Shown here: piece by piece, positions 1-9,600 of the stretch
Position numbering within the stretch: position 1 is the stretch's first letter
How the letters are laid out: each line of letters starts with the position of its first letter
DNA from: a bacterium
Lineage (GTDB): Archaea > Thermoplasmatota > E2 > JACPAO01 > JAHFTW01
NCBI GenBank assembly: GCA_040390065.1
Contig: JAZJZE010000002.1
Location: 1-64,000 of the forward strand
Direction: 5' to 3'
Length of the DNA: 64,000 nucleotides
Position numbers and translations under genes: made by a program
The notes under the pieces: model-generated
What the model saw: only the letters and a program-made list of their open reading frames with translations
The model's database searches: none
Told to the model about the DNA's origin: nothing

Positions 1-168
1 GAGGCCCAAGGCGAAGGCATTGATGCCCGAGTAGGCTCGGCCGGTGGCGAAGTTTAGGGGTCGACCCGCGTTGCTCCATGGCTTGTGCCACGCTGCAACG
101 CCTGCCCGCAACTTCTCCAATATGGCCTGCGTGACCTTCTCGTACACGGCCTGGCGGGGGGAGGGCAT
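1..168 (-). CDS. ardC: ArdC-family (DUF1738) anti-restriction/ssDNA-binding protein, 5' part only
   Basis: Manual translation from ATG 168: MPSPRQAVYEKVTQAILEKLRAGVAAWHKPWSNAGRPLNFATGRAYSGINAFALGL. This has the WxKPW and PxN..TGR.Y.GIN ArdC N-terminal motifs. It is absent from the ORF track because it runs off the window. Confidence 0.85.
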   Translation of the reverse strand, partial: MPSPRQAVYEKVTQAILEKLRAGVAAWHKPWSNAGRPLNFATGRAYSGINAFALGL

Positions 169-262
169 CAGAACACCCGCTGTGAAGGGCACGCGGGATG
201 CGTGCAGACGCCTTGCGCACACGTGCGGCCGCAAAAGGAGCAGACGGGAAGGGTCTTACTCG

Positions 263-754
263 TCATGCCGGCACCGCCGGTAGGTGCGACGCAAGCGGCA
301 ACTGGACCACCACGGGTGCCTGCACGGTGTACCGCAGCGACCGAACACCGCGCACAGCAAGCAACCCACCGACTGCGACGAGGCGACTGAGGCGGTGCTG
401 CGTCGTGGAACGCGGCCAGCCCTGCGCCTCGAAGGCCGTCAAGACGATGTTCTGCATGACGGAACCATTTGCTGCAACGAAGGCGTGAAGGGCGCCGAGG
501 CTTGGCTCAAGGTTCATCGTCGCCGCAACGGGGTCCGAAACGACGGCGTCGGCCGGGTAGAACAAGCGCCGGATGCCTAGGGGCCGCTCGGCCAATTGGC
601 CGTGCCGCTTCAAGACGCTCAGGTGGTGCGTCAGGGTACCGGTCGGGATGCGGGTGCCTCGTGAAAGGGCCCGGAAGCCTTGGCCAGGATTGGCTTCCAC
701 GTAGGCCATGATGGTTGTTCGGCGCTGGATGGCCTGGTTGGTCGGAAGGGGCAT
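263..754 (-). CDS. Winged-helix transcriptional regulator (two wHTH-like units)
   Basis: RRTTIMAYVEANPGQGFRALSRGTRIPTGTLTHHLSVLKRHGQL, and a second unit PRSTTQHRLSRLVAVG. Confidence 0.75.
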   Translation of the reverse strand: MPLPTNQAIQRRTTIMAYVEANPGQGFRALSRGTRIPTGTLTHHLSVLKRHGQLAERPLGIRRLFYPADAVVSDPVAATMNLEPSLGALHAFVAANGSVMQNIVLTAFEAQGWPRSTTQHRLSRLVAVGGLLAVRGVRSLRYTVQAPVVVQLPLASHLPAVPA

Positions 755-1303
755 TCAGGCACCTGCTGGGGCGCCGTAGCCGGCCAGGGTGGGCAATTGG
801 CCGCCGTACCGCATTACGGAGCGGGAGGCTTCGACGTCGAATTGGTCGTCCTCCACGCGGGCACGGGGCAAGGAGGGTCGAACGCGGCGGCCGGCGTCGT
901 CGTGGCCAATCGCGCGCGGTGGCGTGAAGGTCAGGACGTGGCCGGCGGAGAGCTTGCGTAGGCGCATCGTCGCCTCGGCAGACCGGAGTCGGTCGCCCGC
1001 GGTGGGCGTCCGCACGACGTCCGCGACGGGCGGCTCGTCGTCCGTCGGCTCAGGCCGGAATCGGCGCAGCCAGTCCCGCGTGGGGGCGCGGTCCGCAGTC
1101 AGGGTCGCCCTCGTCGTCGCGTCGCGGCACGCTTGGCATCGGGCCGTCGTGGGGGCGTAGTCGCGGGCCAGCAGGATCGTGGCGCCGCATTCAAGGCAGC
1201 CCGCGAGGCGGGCGCCCAGGATGCGGGGGCAGTGGCTTCCGTGTGGCTGGGGCACGGGGCAGGCAGTTTCGAGGCACTCGTCGGCAAATTCTGGTGGGGC
1301 CAT
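755..1303 (-). CDS. Hypothetical Cys-rich (Zn-finger-like) protein
   Basis: CLECG..CQAC pairs. It abuts the wHTH gene (stop at 755, next start at 754). Confidence 0.55.
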   Translation of the reverse strand: MAPPEFADECLETACPVPQPHGSHCPRILGARLAGCLECGATILLARDYAPTTARCQACRDATTRATLTADRAPTRDWLRRFRPEPTDDEPPVADVVRTPTAGDRLRSAEATMRLRKLSAGHVLTFTPPRAIGHDDAGRRVRPSLPRARVEDDQFDVEASRSVMRYGGQLPTLAGYGAPAGA

Positions 1304-1482
1304 GGGGCACCGAAGCCGGCTTTAGCCCCGCCGCGGCAAAGGGCGTGAAGGCAAAGCCCGCCACCCAAAAGGTTCGTTGGCCGAACTACCGTTTGGGTGG
1401 CGGGCGAAGCGCTCACGCTCTTGCCGGGCGGGGTTTACCGGATTTGGGGCCCGGCCCCACCAGACTTGCCGGCAGGTGCCCC
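1284..1482. promoter_or_regulatory. Large multi-stem inverted-repeat structure upstream of the ArdC-containing gene run
   Basis: Perfect 14-bp stem 1356-1369/1392-1405 inside an imperfect stem 1324-1435, with an outer stem 1304-1320/1468-1482. Confidence 0.6.
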
Positions 1483-1905
1483 GAACGCCGGGGCCCCCGT
1501 GACGCAATCCCATGGATGACCACCCGCAAGGGGGGCGCCCCTCCTATTCGGCCTGTCGCTGGACGCGGCGACGCGAATCCCGCGGGTGGTTGCCGTCAAC
1601 GATTGCCCAGCACTTCGCGTTCAGGGAAAAAGAGGGGGGCGCGCTCTTGCGTGATGCGCCGTCACCAGTTCTTCGGAGGCGCCCATAGGCGCCGACCGTG
1701 CTTGCCGGAGCCGCCGCAGCGGCGAAGGCCCGGCGCGGCGAACACTTGCAGCCGCGTCGCGGGTCAGGCCAAGAGCCATCACGCAAGCCGTCGTCTGGAC
1801 GCGGCACCCGGAGGCTGAAACAGGACTCATCGCAGTTGCTCGCTGCCCAGGCTCAGGGAGCCTTCGAGTCAGCAAGCAATTACGGCCGAACGCGGACTCG
1901 CCAAC

Positions 1906-2373
1906 TCACAGCGAGAATCGTATGAGCAGAAGATTCACGACCTTCGAAGCGCCATCGTAGTACCGCGACATGACCCCGAAGGAAAGACCTGTCCAATTGC
2001 CGTGGGCGATCAGGTGACGGTTGATGACAATGCTATCCACGGATGCCTTGAGTTCCCCTTCGCATGCCTTCTCCAGTTCGGCTGCCCAGCCGCTGTTGAA
2101 ACAGCGGACAACCTCCAAGATCTTCTCCATCCTAGGGTTGTGAAAATCTTCAATCGAACTTGCCACGAAATTGGCAACATTTGGATGAGCCACCGTGGCC
2201 GCGTATTCCTCGGCAATGCTCCTTACCGAGACCTCCAGATATCCGGATGCTAGGACGCACAAGTACCGCGTCCAGTGGGCTTTGGCCTCCAGATCTTGGA
2301 TGGCGCTCGCCTTTTTGAAAAGCCCGTCCAACCGAGTGGAGTACTCGTGGATGATGGCCCGGGCCGACGCCAT
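1906..2373 (-). CDS. HEPN-domain protein (RiboL-PSP-HEPN-like), putative RNase effector
   Basis: RxxxxH motif NRHLIAHG near the C-terminus; N-terminal GYLE helix; 2 nt downstream of the DUF262 gene. Confidence 0.8.
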   Translation of the reverse strand: MASARAIIHEYSTRLDGLFKKASAIQDLEAKAHWTRYLCVLASGYLEVSVRSIAEEYAATVAHPNVANFVASSIEDFHNPRMEKILEVVRCFNSGWAAELEKACEGELKASVDSIVINRHLIAHGNWTGLSFGVMSRYYDGASKVVNLLLIRFSL

Positions 2374-2375
2374 TC

Positions 2376-3440
2376 CTATGCAACCTTGGAGAAGGCGGCA
2401 ACTGACCTTTCGATTCTCTCGTGGACTTGTTTCTCGGCCGAAGTCGAGCTGGTGATTGCTTCGGAAAACTTTGGGTCAAGGAGCAACAAGTCGTACTTGG
2501 CCCGGAGTGCATGGTGGTCCGTAATGGGGCCAGCCTTGAGCCGTTCAGAAATTCCCACCATGACGGCGTCAAATGCTGCCGCGTTTAGGGTTCGCTGGGG
2601 GCGGAACGCGCCCTTGCCGAAGGCGCGGTTGGCGGTTTCGATGGCTGACCTGAAGGCGCCCACAAGTTGGTCTCGACTCTGGAGTTTCAGGTGCCGGTTG
2701 CGGCCCATGTAACCGTTGAGGAAGAGCTTCATCGGTTTGGAGTACGTGGCCCTGTCATATCTCAACGCTAGGAACCGAAGAATCAATTCTTGGTCTTTCA
2801 TCCGGGAGCTGACGGGGCCTACGATTTCGCGCCATTCACGAATGGTGTTCAACTCCTTCAACAAGTCGTTGAACTCTCCGTCGTAGATGCACGCCCGAAT
2901 CTCCTGGGAGTGAAGCGTCATGCCTCCCGTGTTGAGGCGCTCGAAAATTTGGTAGATGCTGCTACGGTCTTCCGTCGGTTCGTCCTGCTTGACAATGATT
3001 GCGTGGATGATGGAATCGTCGAGTTTCCGGCGCAGGTCCACGGGCAGCGTTTCGTAGGATTTTCCTTCTAGACCCTCTTGCACGTCTTGGAGCACGAACT
3101 TCTTTGCGGTGGGCTCGAAAATCCCGGTGTAGAAGTAAAGGAGTGTCTTCAAACGCTGCTGCCCGTCAATCACGAGGAAACGCTGGCTCTCGTCGTCTTT
3201 GGACAAGAAAACGGAAGGAACAGGTAGCCCAAGCAGAAGGGATTCGATGAAGCGGCAGGCGTCTTTGTAGCTCCATACGTAGCCGCGCTGGAAACGTGGC
3301 GTGTCAATGCTCTTGTCCTTCAAGCGGCGCACGAGCCCATCGACCAGCATGTCTGCTCCGTAGGCCGTTATTGAATAGCGGAAGGGAAGCGACGCCGAAT
3401 CGTCGGCTTCATCGACTAGCTCAAGATCGTCGTCTGCCAT
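2376..3440 (-). CDS. DUF262 (GmrS/ParB-like) domain protein
   Basis: FQRGYVW, FIESLLLGLPVPS, VIDGQQRLKT and IFERLNTGG motifs. Start reassigned to ATG 3440 (MADDDLE). Confidence 0.9.
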   Translation of the reverse strand: MADDDLELVDEADDSASLPFRYSITAYGADMLVDGLVRRLKDKSIDTPRFQRGYVWSYKDACRFIESLLLGLPVPSVFLSKDDESQRFLVIDGQQRLKTLLYFYTGIFEPTAKKFVLQDVQEGLEGKSYETLPVDLRRKLDDSIIHAIIVKQDEPTEDRSSIYQIFERLNTGGMTLHSQEIRACIYDGEFNDLLKELNTIREWREIVGPVSSRMKDQELILRFLALRYDRATYSKPMKLFLNGYMGRNRHLKLQSRDQLVGAFRSAIETANRAFGKGAFRPQRTLNAAAFDAVMVGISERLKAGPITDHHALRAKYDLLLLDPKFSEAITSSTSAEKQVHERIERSVAAFSKVA

Positions 3441-3545
3441 CGCTTTGCTGATGAAGGTGTGCCTAAAGGGGTTATCCTTGTTCCGGCAAGACGACGGCCC
3501 GGGGGCGCCGCCGCCCAAGCCATCCACCGTCGCCTACCGCCTGGT

Positions 3546-3773
3546 CTAGGGTGGGCCTTTGCGGGCCCAGTAGCCCCAGGTTCCGTCGGGGCGGCGTCGC
3601 TTCACGAGGAGGCCAGCCTTGAGTAGGATGGCGAGGTCTTCTTGGGTTTGGCGTGCCTCGTGGTTTGGCCTTCCCGGGGGGCGCTGCACGTCGTTGGCAT
3701 GTCGTGGCCCCTTTTTCATGCGGCCGGTCGCACCATTCCATGCGGCAGGCGCCAAGGTTGCCGTGCGGCTCAT
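3546..3773 (-). CDS. Small hypothetical protein, possible degenerate wHTH
   Basis: DLAILLKAGLLVKRRRPDGTWGY resembles a recognition helix plus wing. Confidence 0.3.
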   Translation of the reverse strand: MSRTATLAPAAWNGATGRMKKGPRHANDVQRPPGRPNHEARQTQEDLAILLKAGLLVKRRRPDGTWGYWARKGPP

Positions 3774-4120
3774 TGCCTCATGGTTGCCAATGCACGAATT
3801 CCCCGTGGCATGCTTCGGTGGCGAAGCAGGGGATGCGTTGGCGTTGGGCGCGAAACTCGTTGTAGGCTTCGGCCCACTCGTTGGTCAAGACGCGACGCGC
3901 ACCGCACAATGTGCATTGCACCGCCACTGCTCGCGTCGCCAAGAAGACAGCCATCTGGGCGAGGTGAAGGAGTGCACAAGGCGTCTGGCCAAGGGGCAAG
4001 CGCCAACGCGAATTAACTCTGCATTTCGCGCAAATCAAGCCTTGACCCGGGGGGTGAATCTCGCTGTTGGGCCCAACGTAGCCAATATGCTTAGGTTTTA
4101 CGAGAGATAGGTTTTGGTCG

Positions 4121-4603
4121 GTGGTCCCTCTGCGCTTCCCCCTGTCCGTCGCCTTCCTGCTGTTGACCGTTGGCACGGCCGCTGCCTGCCCGATTGGCCC
4201 CGGGGGATGCGTGACCTTGACGGACACGCAAACCTGTATCACGGCGCAAGGCGCCCCCAAACAAATCACGGGAAGCTACGACGCCTCCACGCACACCCTG
4301 ACGATTTCGTGGGTCGCCGACACCGGCACGACGCCCGATTCCTACAACGTGTACCGCGACGACGCAAAGATTGGCGGCACCACCACGACGAGCTACGCCG
4401 ACAACCTGGCCTCCTTGTCAGGCTTGCACTACTACTACGTCAAGGCCGTCACGTCCGGAGTCGAATCCCCGCAAAGCGACACGCTATGGCTCCTCAAGGG
4501 CGGCGGCGTTCCGCCAAGCGTTCCCTGCGACCCTTTGACCGTGAGCGTCTTCACCTACCCGCCATTCTTGGCCTACGGCGTTCACGACGAATGCCTTCCC
4601 TGA
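4121..4603 (+). CDS. Secreted FN3-like protein
   Basis: Signal peptide; ISW..SYNVYRD..TTSYAD..YYYVKAV..ESPQS FN3 pattern. Confidence 0.8.
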   Translation: MVPLRFPLSVAFLLLTVGTAAACPIGPGGCVTLTDTQTCITAQGAPKQITGSYDASTHTLTISWVADTGTTPDSYNVYRDDAKIGGTTTTSYADNLASLSGLHYYYVKAVTSGVESPQSDTLWLLKGGGVPPSVPCDPLTVSVFTYPPFLAYGVHDECLP

Positions 4604-4606
4604 GGA

Positions 4607-6160
4607 TTGACGATGTTCCGCATGGTGGCCGCGACAATGGTTCTGCTGCTGGTGGCCGTGCCGGCCGCGGCGACCTCGGCACCCATTTCCGCCCAAACCA
4701 CGGCGCAAAGCGCAGAAGGGTCCACAGGAACGCATCTCCAGGCCCCCCTTGCCGCCATGCTCCAAGAGCCGACGGGGGACGCCCAACCGATTCCCGGATT
4801 CTCGCTGACGGCCCAGCACATGCGTATCGAAGTCGACTCTGCAGACGTCTCGATTCATGCAACTGGAAACCCGAAGGACGTCAATCCGACCACCCAATCA
4901 AGCGAGTACACCGATGCCACTCTTCAGGGAACGACAACGCGAAACAACTTCCGCTGGAATGTCTTCGCAATGGACGGCGCTCCTGTACCCATCGTCGAAG
5001 CCACCTGCCGCTCTGCTCGTGCGTCCGACGCCGCGACCCTGGAACGCGTACCATACGTCAATGCGGCCCGTCAAGCAACGACGCGGAAAATCGACCTGTC
5101 GGTCGCGTGGTCGGAATGCAATGGCGTCGCGCAAATCACCGGCTCCTTTGGGCTCTCACTGTGGCAGTGGAACGCCACCTTGACCGCCAACGGCAGAACC
5201 CAAGACATCCGAACCGGCCCCCAACAATCACCCCTTGTGCCGGCCGGAGCGCCGGACATCTCCCAGGTCTTCGGCCGTGATGCAGAGGCATACGTCTACG
5301 TTACGGGCGGCAAACTGACCGTGCCTTTGGGCGCCTTGCCGCCGATACTTCTGACCACCGGGGATGCCGCGCTATCGACCACAGGACTGACTCTTGAGGC
5401 AGCGGTCGGCAACCTGGAGGTGGGCGACGCTTCCACACCCCTGAGCGGAAACCACGTCACTATCTCGGGAGACGTGGGTGCGCACCTTGCCGGTCGCGGC
5501 ACCTCGCTGCCAATGGCGGCCACCTTGTCAGGCGACGGGGAAGCGGTCGTCGACGGCCACCCGGTTTCTCCTTCCGGCGCCTCGGCTAGCCCCATGGCTT
5601 GGTTGCTGTGGCCCGTTGCTGCCTTGATTGGCAGCGCCGTTCTTGGTGGCCCGACGATTTACTTTGGTCGGCGCCGCTTCGTGATTCATCGCCGTCGCCC
5701 GGGCCGCGATCCGGTGGCGCAAGCCAAAGGCCGAGAGTACCAGGAAGCTGCCTACGAGGCGATCAACCAGCGGCGGTTCCCGGAGGCGTTGCGCCTCGTG
5801 GACAAGGCGTTGGACTTCGATGCGGCGGACTCGGAATCCACGTTCATCCGCGGCCTCTGCCTGGCCGGTCTCGGCCGACTGCCGGAAGCCCTCCTCATGC
5901 ATACCGAGGCGGACCTTTGGCTCCAGCAGGAAGCGCAGCTCGGCATGGACGTGGCGCCTCTGCGCGCCGAGAACGCCTACGAAGGCGCCCGCTGCTGCGC
6001 CCGCCTCTCTGGGGATGGGCAAATCGAGAAAGCCGCGCAATGGTTGCGCCTCGCCATCACGCTGCAAGATTCCTTTGCCGCCGACGCTGCCACAGACGCC
6101 GCGTTGGCGACCGTCCTTGACAAGGTCCGCGGGGACAAGAATTGGTGGCTGCAACCCTAA
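4607..6160 (+). CDS. Membrane protein: secreted N-terminal domain, one TM helix, cytoplasmic TPR repeats
   Basis: Signal peptide, TM WLLWPVAALIGSAVLGG, and TPR-like EALRLVDKALDFD..FIRGLCLAGLGRLPEAL. Confidence 0.75.
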   Translation: MTMFRMVAATMVLLLVAVPAAATSAPISAQTTAQSAEGSTGTHLQAPLAAMLQEPTGDAQPIPGFSLTAQHMRIEVDSADVSIHATGNPKDVNPTTQSSEYTDATLQGTTTRNNFRWNVFAMDGAPVPIVEATCRSARASDAATLERVPYVNAARQATTRKIDLSVAWSECNGVAQITGSFGLSLWQWNATLTANGRTQDIRTGPQQSPLVPAGAPDISQVFGRDAEAYVYVTGGKLTVPLGALPPILLTTGDAALSTTGLTLEAAVGNLEVGDASTPLSGNHVTISGDVGAHLAGRGTSLPMAATLSGDGEAVVDGHPVSPSGASASPMAWLLWPVAALIGSAVLGGPTIYFGRRRFVIHRRRPGRDPVAQAKGREYQEAAYEAINQRRFPEALRLVDKALDFDAADSESTFIRGLCLAGLGRLPEALLMHTEADLWLQQEAQLGMDVAPLRAENAYEGARCCARLSGDGQIEKAAQWLRLAITLQDSFAADAATDAALATVLDKVRGDKNWWLQP

Positions 6161-6429
6161 CGGTGCCGCGACTTGTCCAGCAACTCTTGGTACAGCAGCC
6201 ACATCGTCGTGTCCTTGAAAGGCACCTTGTTTTCCTTGCACGCCTGCCGCAGGGCCTCCTGCTCGTCCCGCAAGTGCCGAAGCGAGAACTCGACGGCGTG
6301 CGTCATGCTCCCGAAGGGTCCGCCCGGCACGAGATTCGCGTCAATCCACTTCAAGAGATCACGGTCGACGGCGACGTGGATGCGGTCCGTGGAATCCGGG
6401 TTGCTGCCTCGAATCTTCATGCGCGCCAT
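6157..6429 (-). CDS. Ribbon-helix-helix (CopG-like) regulator
   Basis: DRIHVAVDRDLLKWIDANL..FGSMTHAVEFSL. Start reassigned to ATG 6429. Divergent from the RHS gene. Confidence 0.7.
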   Translation of the reverse strand: MARMKIRGSNPDSTDRIHVAVDRDLLKWIDANLVPGGPFGSMTHAVEFSLRHLRDEQEALRQACKENKVPFKDTTMWLLYQELLDKSRHR

Positions 6430-6699
6430 CGGGGAACCTGCGGGGACAAACTCTATCACGACGCCAACCATGGGCCGTTTGTGGGCCACAATGGAATTGG
6501 CGCGGCGCGGAATACCCACCACCCGCCGCAACCCCGCCACTTCACCCCCGTAGAAAAACCGCATTGGTGAGTACGTGAACCACAATCCTTCCAGAATCCT
6601 TCCTGCTGAAGCCATCATTTACTCGTCGTACGACGACCATGCTGTGCAGTTCATCGTACCGGTAGCCACCATCCGACACGAACTCCAGAAGGCCCATCC

Positions 6700-9600
6700 A
6701 TGACGAACGCGCCTAGCGTCAACCCGGCACCAGGAAGCGTATTTGTAAGACCGCCCCTGGCCGGATTCGTGAATCCTGGAACGCAGGCAAACCTCGAACG
6801 GCAAGCCGGTGGCAACCGGGCGGCCAACCGTCTCATCCGCGCACTGCCGCTGGTCGCGCTTTGCCTTGCCGCACTCGTGCTGCTGACGCCCCACGCATCA
6901 GCGGACACTCCTGCCCCCTTCCTGCAGGCTCCCGGCGCCGGGACGGAACTGTCGAGCCCGATTAGCTTCACATGGGATGCCGTAACGGATGGTGATGCCG
7001 GCCAAATTTCGAGCTGGATTAGCGTGGTCGGGCCCTCGGGAGACGACCACTTGTGCACGAGCGCGATCGGGACCCCGGGTACGGCCAAGACCTTCAGTTG
7101 CAGCCTGCCACTGGCACCGGGATCATACACGTGGACCGCTACAGCGCACGACGCGGACGGCAACTGTAGTGACTGCGACGCGCTTGCGTACAACGGGCCG
7201 GCGGCCTTTTCAGTTCTGCCCCCGCCCGCACCGCCGACCTGCAGCCCTGGGTCACAGAATGTATACACGGACACTTGGGCGTATTTCTCGGCGACGGCGG
7301 GAACGGGAACATACGAATGGGCGGCTCCTGGAGCTCTGTCGACGAATGCGGGCGGAACCTCGGCTGGTTTTTCCGCCTTGTACAGTACCGAAGGCACCTT
7401 TGTCACCGCCGTCACGAGTGGCGAAGCGTCCGCCAATTGCACCGTCATCGTGACGACGGCGCCCCCGGAACTGGTCTGCGACCCCCGAGAACAAAATGTA
7501 ATGGTCGGCACAATCGCCCACTTCACAGCGTACGGCGGAACCGCGTCGAAGACATGGACATCGGCGGGATCGCCCGCCTCGGGCTCAGGCTCGACGTTTG
7601 ATACCACCTTCGCGACCAGTGGAGGCCAGAGCGTCGGCGTCACTTCGGCCGGCATGTCCTCTGCTTGTGCCGTTACCGTCACGCCGGGCCCTCCGCCCCC
7701 GCCTCCACCGGCCTGGGTCGATTGGGTTTCCCTCGAATGCAAGGACGCGCCGGGACGGATTACGTTCAAGTGGTTGAGCAACCGCGCCACGGTCGCGTTG
7801 TACCGCGGCACCTCCGTGAGCACACTGGCACCTTGGCAGAGCCTCACAGGTTCGCAATTCATCTACACGTACCCGTCCTCGGAGTACGGTCATTTCTACT
7901 ACTACCAGTTGCGGGCTGGATCGGACACCGACACGCGCTCCATTTACGTGTGCCGAGAACCGGACAAGCCCACGGGAATCCAGGCAGAGGCCGGCGCGGG
8001 GCAAGGGGCAATCCGCGTCTACTGGCCGCCAACAGGCAATGGGTGGCTGGGCCCGGTCAAGTATTCCTTGTATCGCGCGCCGGAGGAATCCGGTACCTAC
8101 ACGTTGATCAAGAGCGGAATCTCGGGTACGGAATGGACCGACGACGGCATGATGGACAACACTGTCATGTACTACAAGGTCACGGCTACAAATCCTGCCG
8201 GAACGAGTGCCGCCTCGCTTCCGGTCATGGGGAAAACGCGTCCACCCCCCGGCCCCGTCGAGAATTTCCATACGGCGCCTGGTAACAAGCAGATTACCCT
8301 CTCCTGGACCATTCCCGCCGGCAGACCGCCCATCGTCTTCTACCAACTCGAGGCGAAACAGCCAGACGGCGACGAAGTCCTCCTGTCCGTCCCGCAAGGC
8401 GCCCCTCCCTACGTTCACACAGGCCTCCAAAACGATGACGCGTGGACCTACGAATTGAGACCCTACAGCGCAACCGGACCATGGGAGCCAGCATTCACGA
8501 CCGGCAAGACGTTCGGCGTCCCCGATGCGCCAATCCACTTCCATGGCGAGGGCGGCCCGGCAGTTGGCCAAATCAAGACGACTTGGAGCGCAGGGTACGA
8601 TGGCGGCTTTGCCATCGAGAAGTACCGTCTCTACCGCAACACCGTCAACGATGCAGCCACGGCGACGCCTGTCGACTGGATCTATGGCCTTACCAGTCCG
8701 AACTACGTGGATGCCGGCTTGACGGGTGGAACCACGTACCACTACTTTGTGAGCGCATGGAATGAGGCCGGGGAGGGCAAGAAGGCTCACGTCTCGGCCA
8801 ATGCGCCAGAGCCTCCCTCGCCGCCTCGCCAACTGAACGCCATGCCATCGGGAGCCAACGCCAAACTGGATTGGCTGCCGCCCGCCTGGAACGGCGGAAG
8901 TGCGCTGGCCCACTACTCGATTTGGCAATCCGTCGACGGCACAACATTCACCCTGGTAGCCACGACGACAACCGCAGCGACGTTGACGTACACGTCCACG
9001 TGCGCCTCATGCACGTTCCACGTCACGGCGACGAACGCCGTTGGACTGGAAAGCCAACCATCCAATGACGCCAAGCTCACCGACCCCGTGTTCACGCCAG
9101 AATCCATTCGCGGCACAACGCCGGGAAGCGGCATCGGCCTCTTCCAGGCCTTCCCCTGCGTGGACGCTGACAAGGGTACCGTCAACGTGGTTAGCGGCCA
9201 ATTCGTCGGCTCCGTCTGCCTCCTGAATGACCCCTCCGCATATCCCGGTCTTGACGTGGCCGTGATCGCGACGCACCGCAGCAATTCGAAAAGCAGCGAC
9301 TTCATCGGCAAGAATTGGTATCTCTCCGTTGCCCGAAGCGTCGTCGATGCAGGCGGCACGTGGACGCTCATGGATGGGACAGGCCGCGCTGACGCCTTCC
9401 CTGGAGCGGGACCCACGTACGACTCACCGCCCGGTTTCTACGAGAAACTCACCGATGATCCTGCCACGGGCGGGAAAATCCTCGAACACGTCGGCGGAAC
9501 GAAGGAATACTTCAACGCCGACGGATTGCGCACCCGCATCGAAGACGTCTCCGGAAACAAGGTGCAATTCACATACGACTCCAGCAAGAAATTGTACGAG

